Shown one piece after another: positions 1 through 11,647 of a DNA stretch of 64,000 bases; position 1 is the first letter of the stretch, and every line of letters begins with the position of its first letter. The notes beneath the pieces are model-generated. The model was not told the origin of the DNA. It saw only the letters and a program-made list of their open reading frames with translations, and did no database searches. The stretch is taken from positions 8,928,001 through 8,992,000 of the forward strand of contig NC_043003.1 in NCBI RefSeq assembly GCF_006345805.1. Direction: 5' to 3'. The position numbers and the translations under genes were made by a program. Source of the DNA: Octopus sinensis (taxonomy: Eukaryota).

Positions 1-117
1 TTGTCTAGAGTAGAAAAGAATATATGGTTAAGGTCTAATACACGTAAAACAAGACAGAGGCAGATCAAACAACCTGTTACCTCTCCATCAATAACAACAC
101 CAACAAAAGTTTGTATG

Positions 118-447
118 TGGCGCATGAGTAGCTTGCTTACCAACCACATGGTTCCGTGTTCAGTCCCACTTGCTCAAGTGTCGTCTACTAATAGTGTCGG
201 ACCGACCAAAACCTTGTGGATTTGGTAGACGGAAACTGAAAGAAGCCCGTCGCGTGTGTGTGTGTGTTTGTCCCCCCCCCAGCTCCATCGCTTGACAACC
301 GATGTTGGTGTGTTCACGTCCCCGTAATACAGCGGTTCGGCAAACCCCCGCCCCCCAAAAAACGATAGAATAAATACTAGGGTCGATTTGCTCGACTAAA
401 AGTGGTGCTCCCGCATGGCCACAGTCAAATGACTGAAGCAAATAAAA

Positions 448-448
<1 letters not shown>
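118..448 (+). mobile_element. SINE family A (tRNA-like head, CORE-like motif, internal (TA/TG)n, 3' tail)
   Basis: Family consensus from ~30 copies in this window: head AGGCGCAGGAGTGGCTGTGTGGTAAG (A-box-like), GGTTCAGTCCC (B-box-like), CCTTGGGCAAGTGTCTT, central microsatellite, then CAACCGATGCTGG...GGCGGTGCTCCAGCATGGCCGCAGTCAAATGACTGAAACAAGTAAAAG. This copy has a partly deleted head region. Confidence 0.85.
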
Positions 449-504
<56 letters not shown>

Positions 505-967
505 CCTTTCCTGTTGTAGACGATAGGTAAAGGTTTTGAGATTTCTTGTTCAAGCTGTAGAAATGATTTGTTTATAGAGATCAAATGTATGTACCATACA
601 TTAAGCTCACTCCTTCCATCAAATCGACCTTGCCTGTGAAGGTGCACCGTGTACCACAACACATCAGATGTCGAAGTGGTCGCAGAACAGCGTGAGATGA
701 CGGCATGTACGTACACGTATGTATGCATGTGTACGTACACGTATATAGGTATGGTTCAGGTGAAATAGCGCAAATGGAACGAGAGGTAGAGGAGAGGAGA
801 CGGACACATAGGAAAGATGAGAGCTTACAACTGGTAGACAAAAGTTCGAAATGCGATGGACAAAATATAAACAAACAGAAAAGATGAAGAATTATGGACT
901 TTCAGTCTGTTTTTACGTTCAGCATACGCTGTGTCTTTTGTTTATGCATTTACACACACACATATAT

Positions 968-1110
968 GACAAGTTTCCACACATTTTGGTATGAAATTCA
1001 CTCACATGGCATTGGTCAGCCTGGTACTATAGTAAAAGACACTTGACACCAACGTGCCACGCAGTGGTACCGAACGCAAAACCATTTGGCTTCAAAACGA
1101 GTTTTATAAC
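968..1110 (-). mobile_element. SINE A, old 5' half
   Basis: Diverged match to the A head/CORE segment (AATTCACTCAC...AAGACACTTG...GTGCCACGCAGTGG). Confidence 0.6.
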
Positions 1111-1467
1111 CTGCTTGCGTCTCAAATAATTATCCCAATAATGTAAACATTTTGCGATGCAGAAGTTTCCCATTATAATCACAGCTAAAGTTACCAAAAG
1201 TAATTGTCATCAAAATTAGTGAACCCTACCTAACCAGACTCAATCTGCTTAATGTTATTGGCCGAGTATTGTTACTGAAAATACTTTACCAGCAAACGAC
1301 CACAAGCAACGGTTTCTATTGCACTGTTCTAATACATGCTTCTAGTTCAGTTCCGTCTCTTAGCTCATTTTTTGTTTAAATTATGAAAATTACCTAGGCC
1401 ATATTATGTTCCACACATATTTTATTGTATAAATAAATCTAAGCCCTTTGGCTACTGGAGATAAGGT

Positions 1468-1525
1468 CGGACAGAAGTGCTGATGACGGTTACTGAGGCA
1501 GAAACGTTCCCGCGAGCGTCCTCTT
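1468..1525 (+). ncRNA. type-I hammerhead ribozyme-like motif 1
   Basis: CTGATGA 1480-1486, imperfect stem II, GAAA 1501-1504, 5-bp stem III CGTTC/GAGCG with CCGC loop, GTC triplet ending 1520, 4-of-5 stem I (GAAGTG / CTCTT). Confidence 0.5.
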
Positions 1526-1799
1526 ACCCCAAGACAATAAATAAGTTGTACTTTTCTTTAATGGCGTGTCAGTTTTGGACAATTCTTAAATCTTGAAGTT
1601 CTCTCTTTTCTCAAGTGGAACTGGTTCTAGTTACCGTTTTGTAATTATCATAGTCTTCTAAAAGTGGAGATAATTTTAATGAATCAAGAATTTACATTGT
1701 ATGGTATTTGATATAACTGTACTTGTCTACGTTGTTCAAATGCATGCTCAAATACTGGCCACTCTGAGTTATTCCTTTAGCTCATTAAATAAGGTTAGG

Positions 1800-1845
1800 C
1801 AGTGGTGCTGATGACGGCTGTTGAGGTAGAAACGTGTCCATACTG
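1800..1845 (+). ncRNA. type-I hammerhead ribozyme-like motif 2 (minimal stem III)
   Basis: CAGTGGTG-CTGATGA(1808-1814)-CGGCTGTTGAGGTA-GAAAC-GT-GTC(1838)-CATACTG. Stem I is 7 bp with one bulge. Confidence 0.5.
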
Positions 1846-2039
1846 TAATCTTTTAGCACTAAATGCAACAGACTGCAATTGAATATTATCCAGCCTTGAC
1901 CACATCGTCTGAATCTCAAACTATATAGTATTCAATGAAAACCTTTAAGTCAGTATATAAGTAACATGAAAGAGGTTTAGCTGCTATTTCTAGTGGGTCC
2001 TGCAAATTATGTTGAAATTCCCCTTCATTCAGGTCACCT

Positions 2040-2470
2040 ATAATTGAACAGATCGAAAAATAAAAGGCGCTCCAGCTGCGACAATCCTCTCTGTTTTTCA
2101 GATGCAGTCTATTCCTAGACTACATTTATCCAATGTGTCCTTCCTTATATTTCAAGTAGGCTGAAATTCAGCTGCTGTTTCTAAATAGCAAGCCTTTTTG
2201 TGAATGAACATTTTGTAACGCCTAGAAAGCTGTTGTTTATTATATAATCACTGGCAACGTTCTCAATCGGTTATTGTCATCAAAATTAGTGGACCCTGTC
2301 TGCCTAATGTTATTGATACCGAAGAGATTACACGCCCCAGAGTGATCACAATAACCAGCTTGCTAGCTTTTTGTAATTGTTGATATGTTGTTTAGCTAGA
2401 AATCAGCTCTGAACAGACCTAAGAACAAAGATGTTTCTAACCGTGACCATCGCTTAGATTGTTTTTCCCA
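2040..2470. mobile_element. old dispersed repeat family F fragments
   Basis: Recurrent motif GCTGCTATTTCTAGC / CAGATCAGCTCT...ATGACCATC seen at ~2.0-2.5, 2.86, 3.3-4.3, 6.07, 13.6-14.5, 16.1, 17.1-17.3, 34.5-34.7, 54.6 and 60.2 kb. Confidence 0.6.
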
Positions 2471-2536
2471 AGCATCGTAACCTACAATACATGAAGCCAG
2501 TGTCCCCCCCCCCTTATTATTATTATTATTATACGA

Positions 2537-2557
2537 CAGAAGCCTGTCGTATATATG

Positions 2558-2588
<31 letters not shown>

Positions 2589-2825
2589 TATATATATATG
2601 TGTGTATGTGTTTGTGTGTCTGTGTTTGTCCCCCTAGCATTGCTTGACAACCGATGTTGGTGTGTTTGCGTCCCCGTCACTAGCGGTTCGGCAAAAAAGA
2701 GACCGAAAGAATAAGTACTGGGCTTACAAAGAATAAGTCCCGGGATCGAGTTGCTCGATTAAAGGCGGTGCTCCAGCATGGCCGCGGTCAAATGACTGAA
2801 ACAAGTAAAAGAGTAAAAAGAGAGA
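2537..2825 (+). mobile_element. SINE A, 3' half
   Basis: Matches A from the central microsatellite to the AAAAGAG tail. Confidence 0.85.
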
Positions 2826-3326
2826 GTATTATTACGACAAAAGCGAACTGCAGCTGTTGTTTCTAGCAGGTTGAACGAATAGGCAGTGCGTTTAATGAAG
2901 CGCTTTCTATCGCTTTGTAAGATAAACCATTAACCATGTGATCTGATAGTAAAACGATGTTGATGTTTCACATTTTTAGGTACAACAATGTGTAGTAGAC
3001 AGTCGATTATAATTACGTCTGTAAAAGGCTTTGTGACTCACGTGGTGGCTTGGGTTATTGTGTCTGGCCTACTATCTCCCGTCTACACACACACATTCAT
3101 GCTTGTTCTGCCGTCTGTGTTTGTACCCACTCGTTGAACTTGAGCCTGCCTTTTTTATATATTCACCTATAAAACCCTTCCCCCCCACCACCATTTTGCT
3201 TTGTCGCTTTTATTCTATAACATTTAATCAACATGCCCTTCAAATCCCCACCCCTGAGCACACGCACCTCTTCCCTGCAGAATCGCTTTCCCCGAGACAA
3301 GTCGACGAGAAAAGCCTCCACCACAT

Positions 3327-3800
3327 GCATACGCAAGCATGGGCGCGGGTGGTCGTCCGTTCGACAAGGCGAGAAATAGCAGCCAACTACCCTCAGATCA
3401 AACAGCCTACCGTCTAATAAACAGCAGGACACAGTAGGAGATAGACAGGCTCTTATAGACAGACAGGATGGTCAGGGAAGGGTTAACACTTTTTGAGCTA
3501 AACTTGTCCGTTCGACAAGACGAGAAATAGCAGTCAACCACCCTCTGATCAAACAGCCTACCTTCTTATAAACGGGAGGACACATACGCAAGCATGGGCA
3601 CGGGTGGTCGTCCGTTCGACAAGACAAGAAATAGCAGCCAACTACCCTCAGATCAAACAACCTACCGTCTAATAAACGGCAGGCCACGTTAGGAGATACA
3701 CAGGCCCCTATATACAGACAGGATGGTCAGGGCTTAAATATCTAGTTATAGATCTCGAAGCAGTGCTAATCGGAAGGGGTTAACACTTTTTGAGCTAAAA
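3327..3800 (+). repeat. local tandem triplication of an F-like unit
   Basis: GTCCGTTCGACAAG.CGAGAAATAGCAG at ~3355, ~3507, ~3610. AAGGG(G)TTAACACTTTTTGAGCTAAA at ~3478 and ~3774. Confidence 0.85.
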
Positions 3801-4387
3801 GAGGCGGGGAGTGTCCTTTACGACTTAAGGCTGTTGTTCGAACATGCGCGAAATAGCAACCAAATGCATCGTAAATAATTAATTAAAGGATAATGTATTC
3901 ATTTTGATTAATGCATTTCCGTTTAATAAACGATCAAATAGGAACCAACGAAAAAGCTTCTTACATGGAAGCCTGACTCGCTAGAAATAACAGTCGGACA
4001 ACTCTGAAACCACACCCTTACCGTATTATTAAATAATCTCCGGCAAAGGTAAAGAATACACACACCCGGTGTTTAGGGGTCAGTGCTAGGGCTACGCCGA
4101 AAACGGGTGGTGTGCGTATTCTTTTCCTCTGTCGTAATCTCCTATATGGTCATGGCTGGAGAGCCGTCGATCATAGGCCTGTTCAATTGGGTCGTTCGGG
4201 GTTAAACAATAACTCTCTTATGTCCCCAAATAAACAAATGGTATATATTTCTCTCTCACGCGCACACAGAGGAGAGATGGCGAACCATGTGGGGGCAAAA
4301 GTCTACATCGTCGATCGGCGAAATAGCAGCTAACCAGCAACCATTCGCTACCATCCTGTATGAAAAACATTAAGAATATAAATACTC

Positions 4388-4535
4388 ATTTGTTTCAGTC
4401 GCTTGACTGCGGCCACGCTGGAGCACCGCCATTTAGTCGAAGAAATCGACCCCCCCCCCCAGGACTTACGCTTTGTAACCTTGGCGGCACTTATTCTATC
4501 GGTCTGTTTTGCCGAGCAGCTAAGTTACGGGGGAG
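4388..4535 (-). mobile_element. SINE A, 3' fragment
   Basis: Reverse complement of the A tail. Confidence 0.8.
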
Positions 4536-5369
4536 GGGAATATATCTAAAAAATGAAACAAAAAGAAAAGGCAGTAAACGTTTGATGTAATTCTGGGTTC
4601 ATTGTACACGAAATGTTTATTGCCAGAAAACAAAAAAAAAACCCAAAATAGAAACAAAATTGATAAGAGAGGTGAGAGAAATGATCAAAAGATGATGCAA
4701 TTGACCTAGGGCTAAAAGGAAACACGTACATCCGTGTACTCTTCGCATAGTTGTATACAAACGTGGTTTTTTTAAAAGATAATTTTTTTTATTTACGAAA
4801 TAACACGAGAGAAACTATTTTCACCACAACATCTGCTGCTTTTGGCCTTTCATACTCTCTCTTTGTATGCACGATACACACACCATCATTACCTTATATA
4901 TACATAGTCTACAAAGCCTAACCTACTACCACTACTATTATTACTAACACTAGTACTATTACTACTACCATTAGCCTTTCCTCCCCCCTCTCATCACAGT
5001 AAGATGTCGGAAAAAGATTCGTTTTTACTATGAAACATGCTCCACGTGTGTTGTGTTGGAGATTTTGTGTAATTCAAATTTTTCTGCTTATCTACGAATA
5101 TTAATGAAAGTAAATGTTGCTTATTTTATGTGTGTGTGTGTGGGCCTTACGCGCACGTGAAGTGGGTAATTATGTGTGTGTGTGTGTGTGTGTGTACGTG
5201 TTTAACATATGTGTGTGCTTTTTAACATACGCCTTTGTAAAGAGTGTGTTACATAGAATTCTCGAGAAATGCGTGTGTGTCTGTGTGTGTGTGTGTGTGT
5301 GTATATATATAGAGAGAGAGAGATGAAAGCACAGATATATAATTGTTCTTACTCCAGTAGACGCATGTA

Positions 5370-5800
5370 TGTATATGAATGCGCGCATATGTGTATATAT
5401 ATAGGTGTGTGTGTATATGAATGCGCGCATATGTGCGTTTATGAATGCGCGCATATATGTGTGTGTGTGTATGAATGCACGCATATATATGTGTGTGTGT
5501 GTATGAATGCGCGCATATGTGTGTGTGTGAATGCGCGCATGTGTGTGTGTATGTGTGTGAATGCGCGCATATATGTGTGTGTGTGTGTATGAATGCACGC
5601 ATATATGTGTGTGTGTATGAATGCACGCATATATATGTGTGTGTGTATGAATGCACGCATATATATGTGTGTGTGTGTATGAATAAGCGCATATATGTGT
5701 GTGTGTGTGTGTGTGTATGAATGCGCGCATATATGTGTGCGTGTGTATGAATGCACGCATATATATGTGTGTGTGTGCGTATGAATGCGGGCATATATAT
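5370..5800. repeat. minisatellite, ~14 units of TATGAATGC(G/A)CGCATAT(GT)n
   Basis: Direct reading: 26-40 bp units with an invariant core and variable GT linker. Confidence 0.95.
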
Positions 5801-6446
5801 ATATATATATACGTGTGTGTTTGTGTGTGTAATGCGCGCATATGTACCGATCTATTACGGAGTTATTGCGTGCGCGCGCCCGTCGTACATAATTACACAA
5901 AAGATGTGTATAGTAACCAGTGTACACAATAGATGTGTGCGTATGCTCGCGCACACACGTCTGTGTGTCTGTATTACACACACGCGGGCACAAGTATAAC
6001 AACGAAACACACCAAGATACACACGTCTGTTACACATATTATACTACCTAAAAGCCTCACCGTGTCAATCGACCTGCTAGAAATAGCAGCCAAAATTTCC
6101 CCCAATTTCACCTAAAGTAGCAATAAGTCTCGCACCTAAAATACCTTGTGACTAAACAAATACACCTAATTTAGTACAAGACATCTATAAAATTCTTGAG
6201 AAAGAACAAGTTCACGATTTAGATGTTGAGGTATAACTGCAGTTTAGTGCCCCACTTAGCTTGGTTTTTTTTCTTCTCTCCCCTCATAATTTTTTGAAGT
6301 ATAATGAATATATTATTTTGTGTAGTTTTGCGGCGTTACATTATCAGGGATGTAGATGATAAAATTGTTGATGAAATATTTTTTAATTTAATAGTTTTTT
6401 TGTTTGTTGTTTTGTTTTAATCAGCAAAAAAAACACCTTCATATAA

Positions 6447-6588
6447 GCGTGGCTATGAGCATAGGCGCAGCGTGGTAAGAAGCTTGCTTCCCAACCACAT
6501 AATTCCTGGTTCAATCCTACTGCGTGACACCTTGGGCAAAGTGTCTTGTGAGTGGATTTGGGAGACGGAAACTGAAGGAAGTCCGTCG

Positions 6589-6623
<35 letters not shown>

Positions 6624-6780
6624 TTGTCCCCATCATCGCTTATTGGTGTTTAGCAGTTCCGCAAAAGAGGACGATAGAATAAGTACTAAGCTTACAAAGA
6701 ATAATAAGTCCTGGGGTCGATTTGTTCGACTGAAAGGCGGTGCTCCAGTATGACCGCAGTCAAATGACTGAAGCAAAAGA
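6447..6780 (+). mobile_element. SINE A (internal deletions)
   Basis: Head to tail match. Confidence 0.8.
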
Positions 6781-6934
6781 ATATATTTTTATTAACCGTT
6801 CAAAATAAATTCCTAGTGTTCATTTAACATCCCCTTTCATTATTAATCAACACCAACATGGCTTTTAGAAATGAAATAACACCTAAACCTCCCTCGAATC
6901 ACACCTTAAAGAGTAGGGGGAGTAATTCGAGATA

Positions 6935-7905
6935 GGGGCACAGGCATGGTTGTGTGCATCCAAGTTACATGGTGTCAGGTTCGGTTCGGTCCGGCTCCGG
7001 GCCACGTTAGGCAAATGTCTTCTACTAAAGCCCGGACCGACCCCCAGAGCCTTGTGAGTTGATTTGATAGACTGAAAGAAGACCTTCGTACGCGCGTATA
7101 TGTACACACACACACACACACGTGGAAAGACTTCCTTTGTACCCCACCATAATTTTTTTTTTTAATATTACACATGGTGGAAAATTGTTTCCCTACCATG
7201 TCTTATAATAACAATGAAAAAGTCCTAAAAATTAAGAATTTCTATTAAAAAAAAACAACTTAATTTCTGTATTATATATATTCATGTCCATTTTTGCCTA
7301 ACGTTAAGGCCTAACTCTGAAATTTGCCTAACCTTGGGACATGAATACACATAATACAGAAATGAAGTTTTTTTTTTTAATAGAAATACTTCATTCTTAT
7401 GACTTTCTCATCATTGTTATTACAAGTCATAGTAGGAAATCAATTTCCCTCCATGTGTAATATTACAAAAAAAAAAATTGATGGGGGTGGTGGTACAAAA
7501 GGAAGTCGTTTCGTTATATGTGTGTGTGTGTGATGTCTTTGTAGCTTTCACTCTACCTCTGGTATTCGAGTACTATTTTTTCCCACCTTGTTTCACATCT
7601 ATGTGCTCACTGATTGTATATACATCCTGACACATGGGAACGTTCGTACTCGTATATAGTGTGTGTCTATGCATTTTTTGAGTGTAGTAGTTGTCCCACC
7701 ACCTCCAAACACCACCCGACATCCGGTGTTGGTTCACCTATGTTCCCATCACTTAGCGGTTCGGCAACAACTGACTAAGGCTAGGACCCCCCCCCCACTC
7801 CACCCCAATACTGGGGTTGATTGTATGTTTGACTAAGAACCATAGAGGTGGGGCTCCAGCGTGACCGCAGTCTAACTACTTTGAAACAGGTAAAAGAAGG
7901 TAAAG
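6935..7905 (+). mobile_element. old SINE A with nested insertions in its central microsatellite
   Basis: Head 6935-7100 and tail ~7690-7905 are separated by the 7125-7512 palindrome and a second insert at ~7535-7670. Confidence 0.65.
7125..7512. mobile_element. foldback/MITE-like palindrome
   Basis: Arms ~7125-7289 and ~7337-7512 are reverse complements (GACTTCCTTTGTACC...TTCATGTCC / GGACATGAA...GGTACAAAAGGAAGTC). Flanked by (CA)n and (TG)n. Confidence 0.85.
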
Positions 7906-8024
7906 AGAGAAAAAAAAAATAAAAGAAATCGAATCAATGCACGGGGATGGGCAAACGGGTCACGGCTGAGAACCAACTCCATTCAAATAGGTGTGTTTGA
8001 TTTAAACAACACCTTCTCTCCCTC

Positions 8025-8071
<47 letters not shown>

Positions 8072-8073
8072 TC

Positions 8074-8415
8074 ATTTCTTTACTACCCACAAGAGGCTAA
8101 ACACAGAGGGGACAAACAAGGACAGACAGACGGATTAAGTCGATTACATCGACTCCAGTGCGTAACTGGTACTTAATTTATCGACCCCGAAAGGATGAAA
8201 GGCAAAGTCGACCTCGGTGGAATTTGAACCCAGAACGTAAAGACAGACGAAATACCTATTTCTTTATTAGCCACAAGGGGCTAAACACAGAGAGGACAAA
8301 CAAGGACAGACAGACGGATTAAGTCGATTACATCGACCCCAGTGCGTAACTGGTACTTAATTTATCGACCCCGAAAGGATGAAAGGCAAAGTCGACCTCG
8401 GCGGAATTTGAACCC
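8074..8415 (-). mobile_element. SINE family B, 5'-truncated 2-unit concatemer in (AAT)n
   Basis: Family B consensus: AAGGCGGCGAGCTGGCAGAA.CGTTAGCACGCCGG...GTATTTCGTCTG...GAGTTCAAATTCCGCCGAGGTCGACTTTGCCTTTCATCCTTTCGGGGTCGATAAATTAAGTACCAG...GTAGTAAAGAAATAG. Flanked by (TAA)n on both sides. Confidence 0.9.
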
Positions 8416-8459
8416 ATAATAATAATAATAATAATAATAATTGGACTCGGATCTCGTTT

Positions 8460-8790
8460 CTCTTAAAGTGGGTGATTCTTTTATTCAAGTTGACGTACGT
8501 CCACCTTCCCTCAATCCTTCATAACCTACACTCTTTTCACTCACTCGTTCACTCATCACTACCTTCAACATCAAAGCAACATTATCGATGCTTCAGTCCC
8601 TTACACACACACACACATATACACACCACCACCACCACCACCATCAAGCACTTGGCAATCGTCATCGCCTTCGCCAACATCAATGCCCCAAACGCCCGCG
8701 CCGCCACCACTAACCACATCCGTCCATTCTTGCGAGAGATCATTGAGTTGAAGTTGTGACAGCCAATGAATCACCCAGTTGAAAGTGATA
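8460..8790. promoter_or_regulatory. CpG-rich unique segment, possible regulatory region
   Basis: CpG-rich non-repeat sequence (CGCCCGCGCCGCC) with AGCCAATGA at 8761-8769. Motif-level evidence only. Confidence 0.25.
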
Positions 8791-8995
8791 GTAGTAGTAG
8801 TTATTTATATTCAAACTATTGCATCATACTATAAGAAACGCGCGCGCGGGCGTGCGTGTGTGTGTGTGTGTATGTATACTCGCACTTGCTTTTAGCATGT
8901 GCCTGTTTATCAATGTATCAAAGTATTAGTTGTGTAAATCGATATTATATATATTTAAATGTGTGCATATATTATAATATATATGTATATATATG

Positions 8996-9030
<35 letters not shown>

Positions 9031-10230
9031 ATATATTATATTATAATAGCTATATAGAAATATACACGTGTGTGTATTATATATAATTCAGGATATGTAT
9101 TATATGATGTATGTAATATAGAATGTATACGTTATATATACATAATAATATTTAAATATAATATATATATATATATATAGTTTGTGCTGAGTTTGATCTG
9201 AGAACATAATCTTTTGTGGAGAATGGCGATTTGACGTCTATATCTAGCATGTTGACGGTCCACTTTTCGTGTTCAGTCCTTAATTGGTATATATATATAT
9301 ATATATATATAATATGATAAATACAATTTACTAATTATGAAATACTATATAAATGCAATGTACATATTATATACTATATATATTAATACAATACACATAC
9401 TATATATACTAATGCGCGCGCGTAATATATATATGTGTATACGATATAATGATGTATATAATTAGTCATAAGACTTTGTTTTAAGCTCTGGTAACGCTAA
9501 TTTCGTTCTCAGGTTAAAAGCTGATTTGCTTCACTTAACTGCGTTAAAAATATTCGAGAAATGCTGGTTCTCTTCTCCAGAAATAAACACAAGACTTGGT
9601 GTTTATATTAAAAATGTCTTGTTTTTGCCCAAGTAGCGATGTAAGAAGAAGAAAAAAAAAGAAAAACGAACAGAAATGAGTCGGTTTTGAATCGGTGGTA
9701 TTATCGATATTTAAGTATTAACTCGGTTGTGTTATTGGATTTAGATTAGTATTTTGAGAGGGGAGAAGGGCAAGATGGATTATCAGCGAAATTTGGAATA
9801 AAACTGTATACGTGGTAGCTTTATAAAACTGTTTTATTTGCTTGTGTTTGCGGATTTTTGTGTATATATACCATCGCAAGTGTGTGAGTGTATGAGGCAG
9901 AGGGTAAGTGAGTGAGAGAGAGAGAGAAAGAGAGAGAGAGGTCTGCGTTAGGGGTTTATGTGGGGGGTGGGGAAACTTGTCTGGCGGTTTGTGTGAATTA
10001 TGTGCGTGGGAGAGAGATTAGACAAGACATTACTTCAAGCAACCCCCGAACGAATACAAAAGCAACGTTTATTTTTCATTGTAGCCGTACATACATGTAT
10101 GCCTACACATGTCTCTGCACAGTGAAAGCCATCATCATCACCATCGTCGTGGTCATAAACAGCTTCAATTTTTCATTAACGAATACACACTTGCGGCACA
10201 ATTACCCAAATGTGCCGCTCCACACACACT

Positions 10231-11195
10231 ATTTTGTTTCGACGTAACTTTCCGAAAAATGGATATTTTTTCATGAAATTTTCGACAAATAGGCGCTAGA
10301 GTGGCTCTGTGGTAGGTAGCTTGCTTACCAACCACATCGTTCCGGGTTCAGTAAACTGCGTGGCACCTTGGGCAAGTGTCTTCTACTATAGCCTCGGGTC
10401 GACCAAACCCTTGTGAGTTGATTTGGTAGACGGAAACTGAAAGAAGCCCGTCGTATATATGTATATGTATATATATATATCTGTGTGTGTGTTTGTGTGT
10501 CTATGCCCTCCCAACATCGCTTGACAACCGATGCTGGTGTGTTTACGTCCCCGTCACTTAGCGGTTCGGCAAAAGAGACCGATAGAATAAGTACTAGGCT
10601 TATAAAGAATAAGTCCTGGGGTCGATTTGCTCGACTATAGGCGGTGCTCCAGCATGGCCGCAGTCAAATGACTGGAACATGTAAAAGATAAGCTAAGGTG
10701 AATTTGTTGCTCTGGCTGTCTGGTATGTTATAAGGCCCGGAGAACTTCATTTAAAAGACATATATTCGTTTATAAAGGGTAAAGGATGGGATAATCCTCA
10801 AAAGTAATATTTTCCCCAACATATTTGTAATGTACGTACGTTATCAAAACGTATGAGGAAACAAGAAACGTGTGAATTATCCGAAACTCTTTTCACCCAT
10901 TTCCGAAGACAATTTCCACAATATTTCGTTTTTGGATTTGGTTTGCAAGATTCTTTATATGAGTTCGTGTATTGAAGCATATTTTAGGAAAATAAAAATT
11001 AAAAAGTGGAAATTTTACCGGTGAGTGTGTTACATTATAAGGCACAAAAAGAAAATGATTCTCCCCAGAAACAACAGAATTTCCACAATAAATACCGTGA
11101 TAATCATAGTCTATACCATCTGAAGCATATTTGTTGAAAATTTCATTTAAAAAATATAAATTTCCCCCAGAAAAGTTATGAGGAAATAAAGTCGG
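10231..11195. mobile_element. TIR-like non-autonomous DNA element (same motif family as 52.85-53.72 kb) interrupted by SINE A
   Basis: 10231-10290 (TAACTTTCCGAAAAATGGATATTTTTTCATGAAATTTTCGACAAATA) is an inverted copy of ~11129-11195. Confidence 0.5.
10291..10690 (+). mobile_element. SINE A, full length
   Basis: Near-consensus head to tail. Confidence 0.92.
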
Positions 11196-11198
11196 GGT

Positions 11199-11344
11199 CA
11201 CTAGCGTAGCTAGAGTGTGCCGCCCAGAGTGACGCTTTGTTCCCCCATTAAAAAAAACCACATATTGCCTACAGCTGACCCAAAAGTATTGCCCCTTTAA
11301 AAGTGCCGCCTGGGGCGGACCGCTCCTAACTAGCTACGCTAGTG
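11199..11344. mobile_element. 146-bp MITE with CACTA termini
   Basis: Perfect 15-bp TIR CACTAGCGTAGCTAG / CTAGCTACGCTAGTG. GT dinucleotide on both flanks. Confidence 0.7.
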
Positions 11345-11647
11345 GTCGGGACTTATTCTATCAGTTATTTTTGCCAAGTCGCTAAGTTACGGGGACGTAA
11401 ACACACCAGCATCGGTTGTGAAGCGATGGTGGGGGAGGGGTGGACAAACATAGATACACACACACACGCATATATATTTACTACAGGCTTCTTTCAGTTT
11501 CCGTCTACCAAATCCACTCACAAGGCTTTGATAAGCCCGATGCTATAGTAAAAGACACTTGCCAAAGATGCCACGCAGTGGGACTGAACCCGGGACCATG
11601 TGGTTGGTAAGCAAGGTATTTACCACACAGCCACTCCTGCGCCTATA
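11345..11647 (-). mobile_element. SINE A, 3'-truncated
   Basis: Reverse complement match ending in CCACTCCTGCGCCT. Confidence 0.9.

Noticed and set aside
10893-11261. 122-aa minus-strand ORF
   Set aside because: Spans a CACTA MITE and a foldback arm. No recognisable protein.
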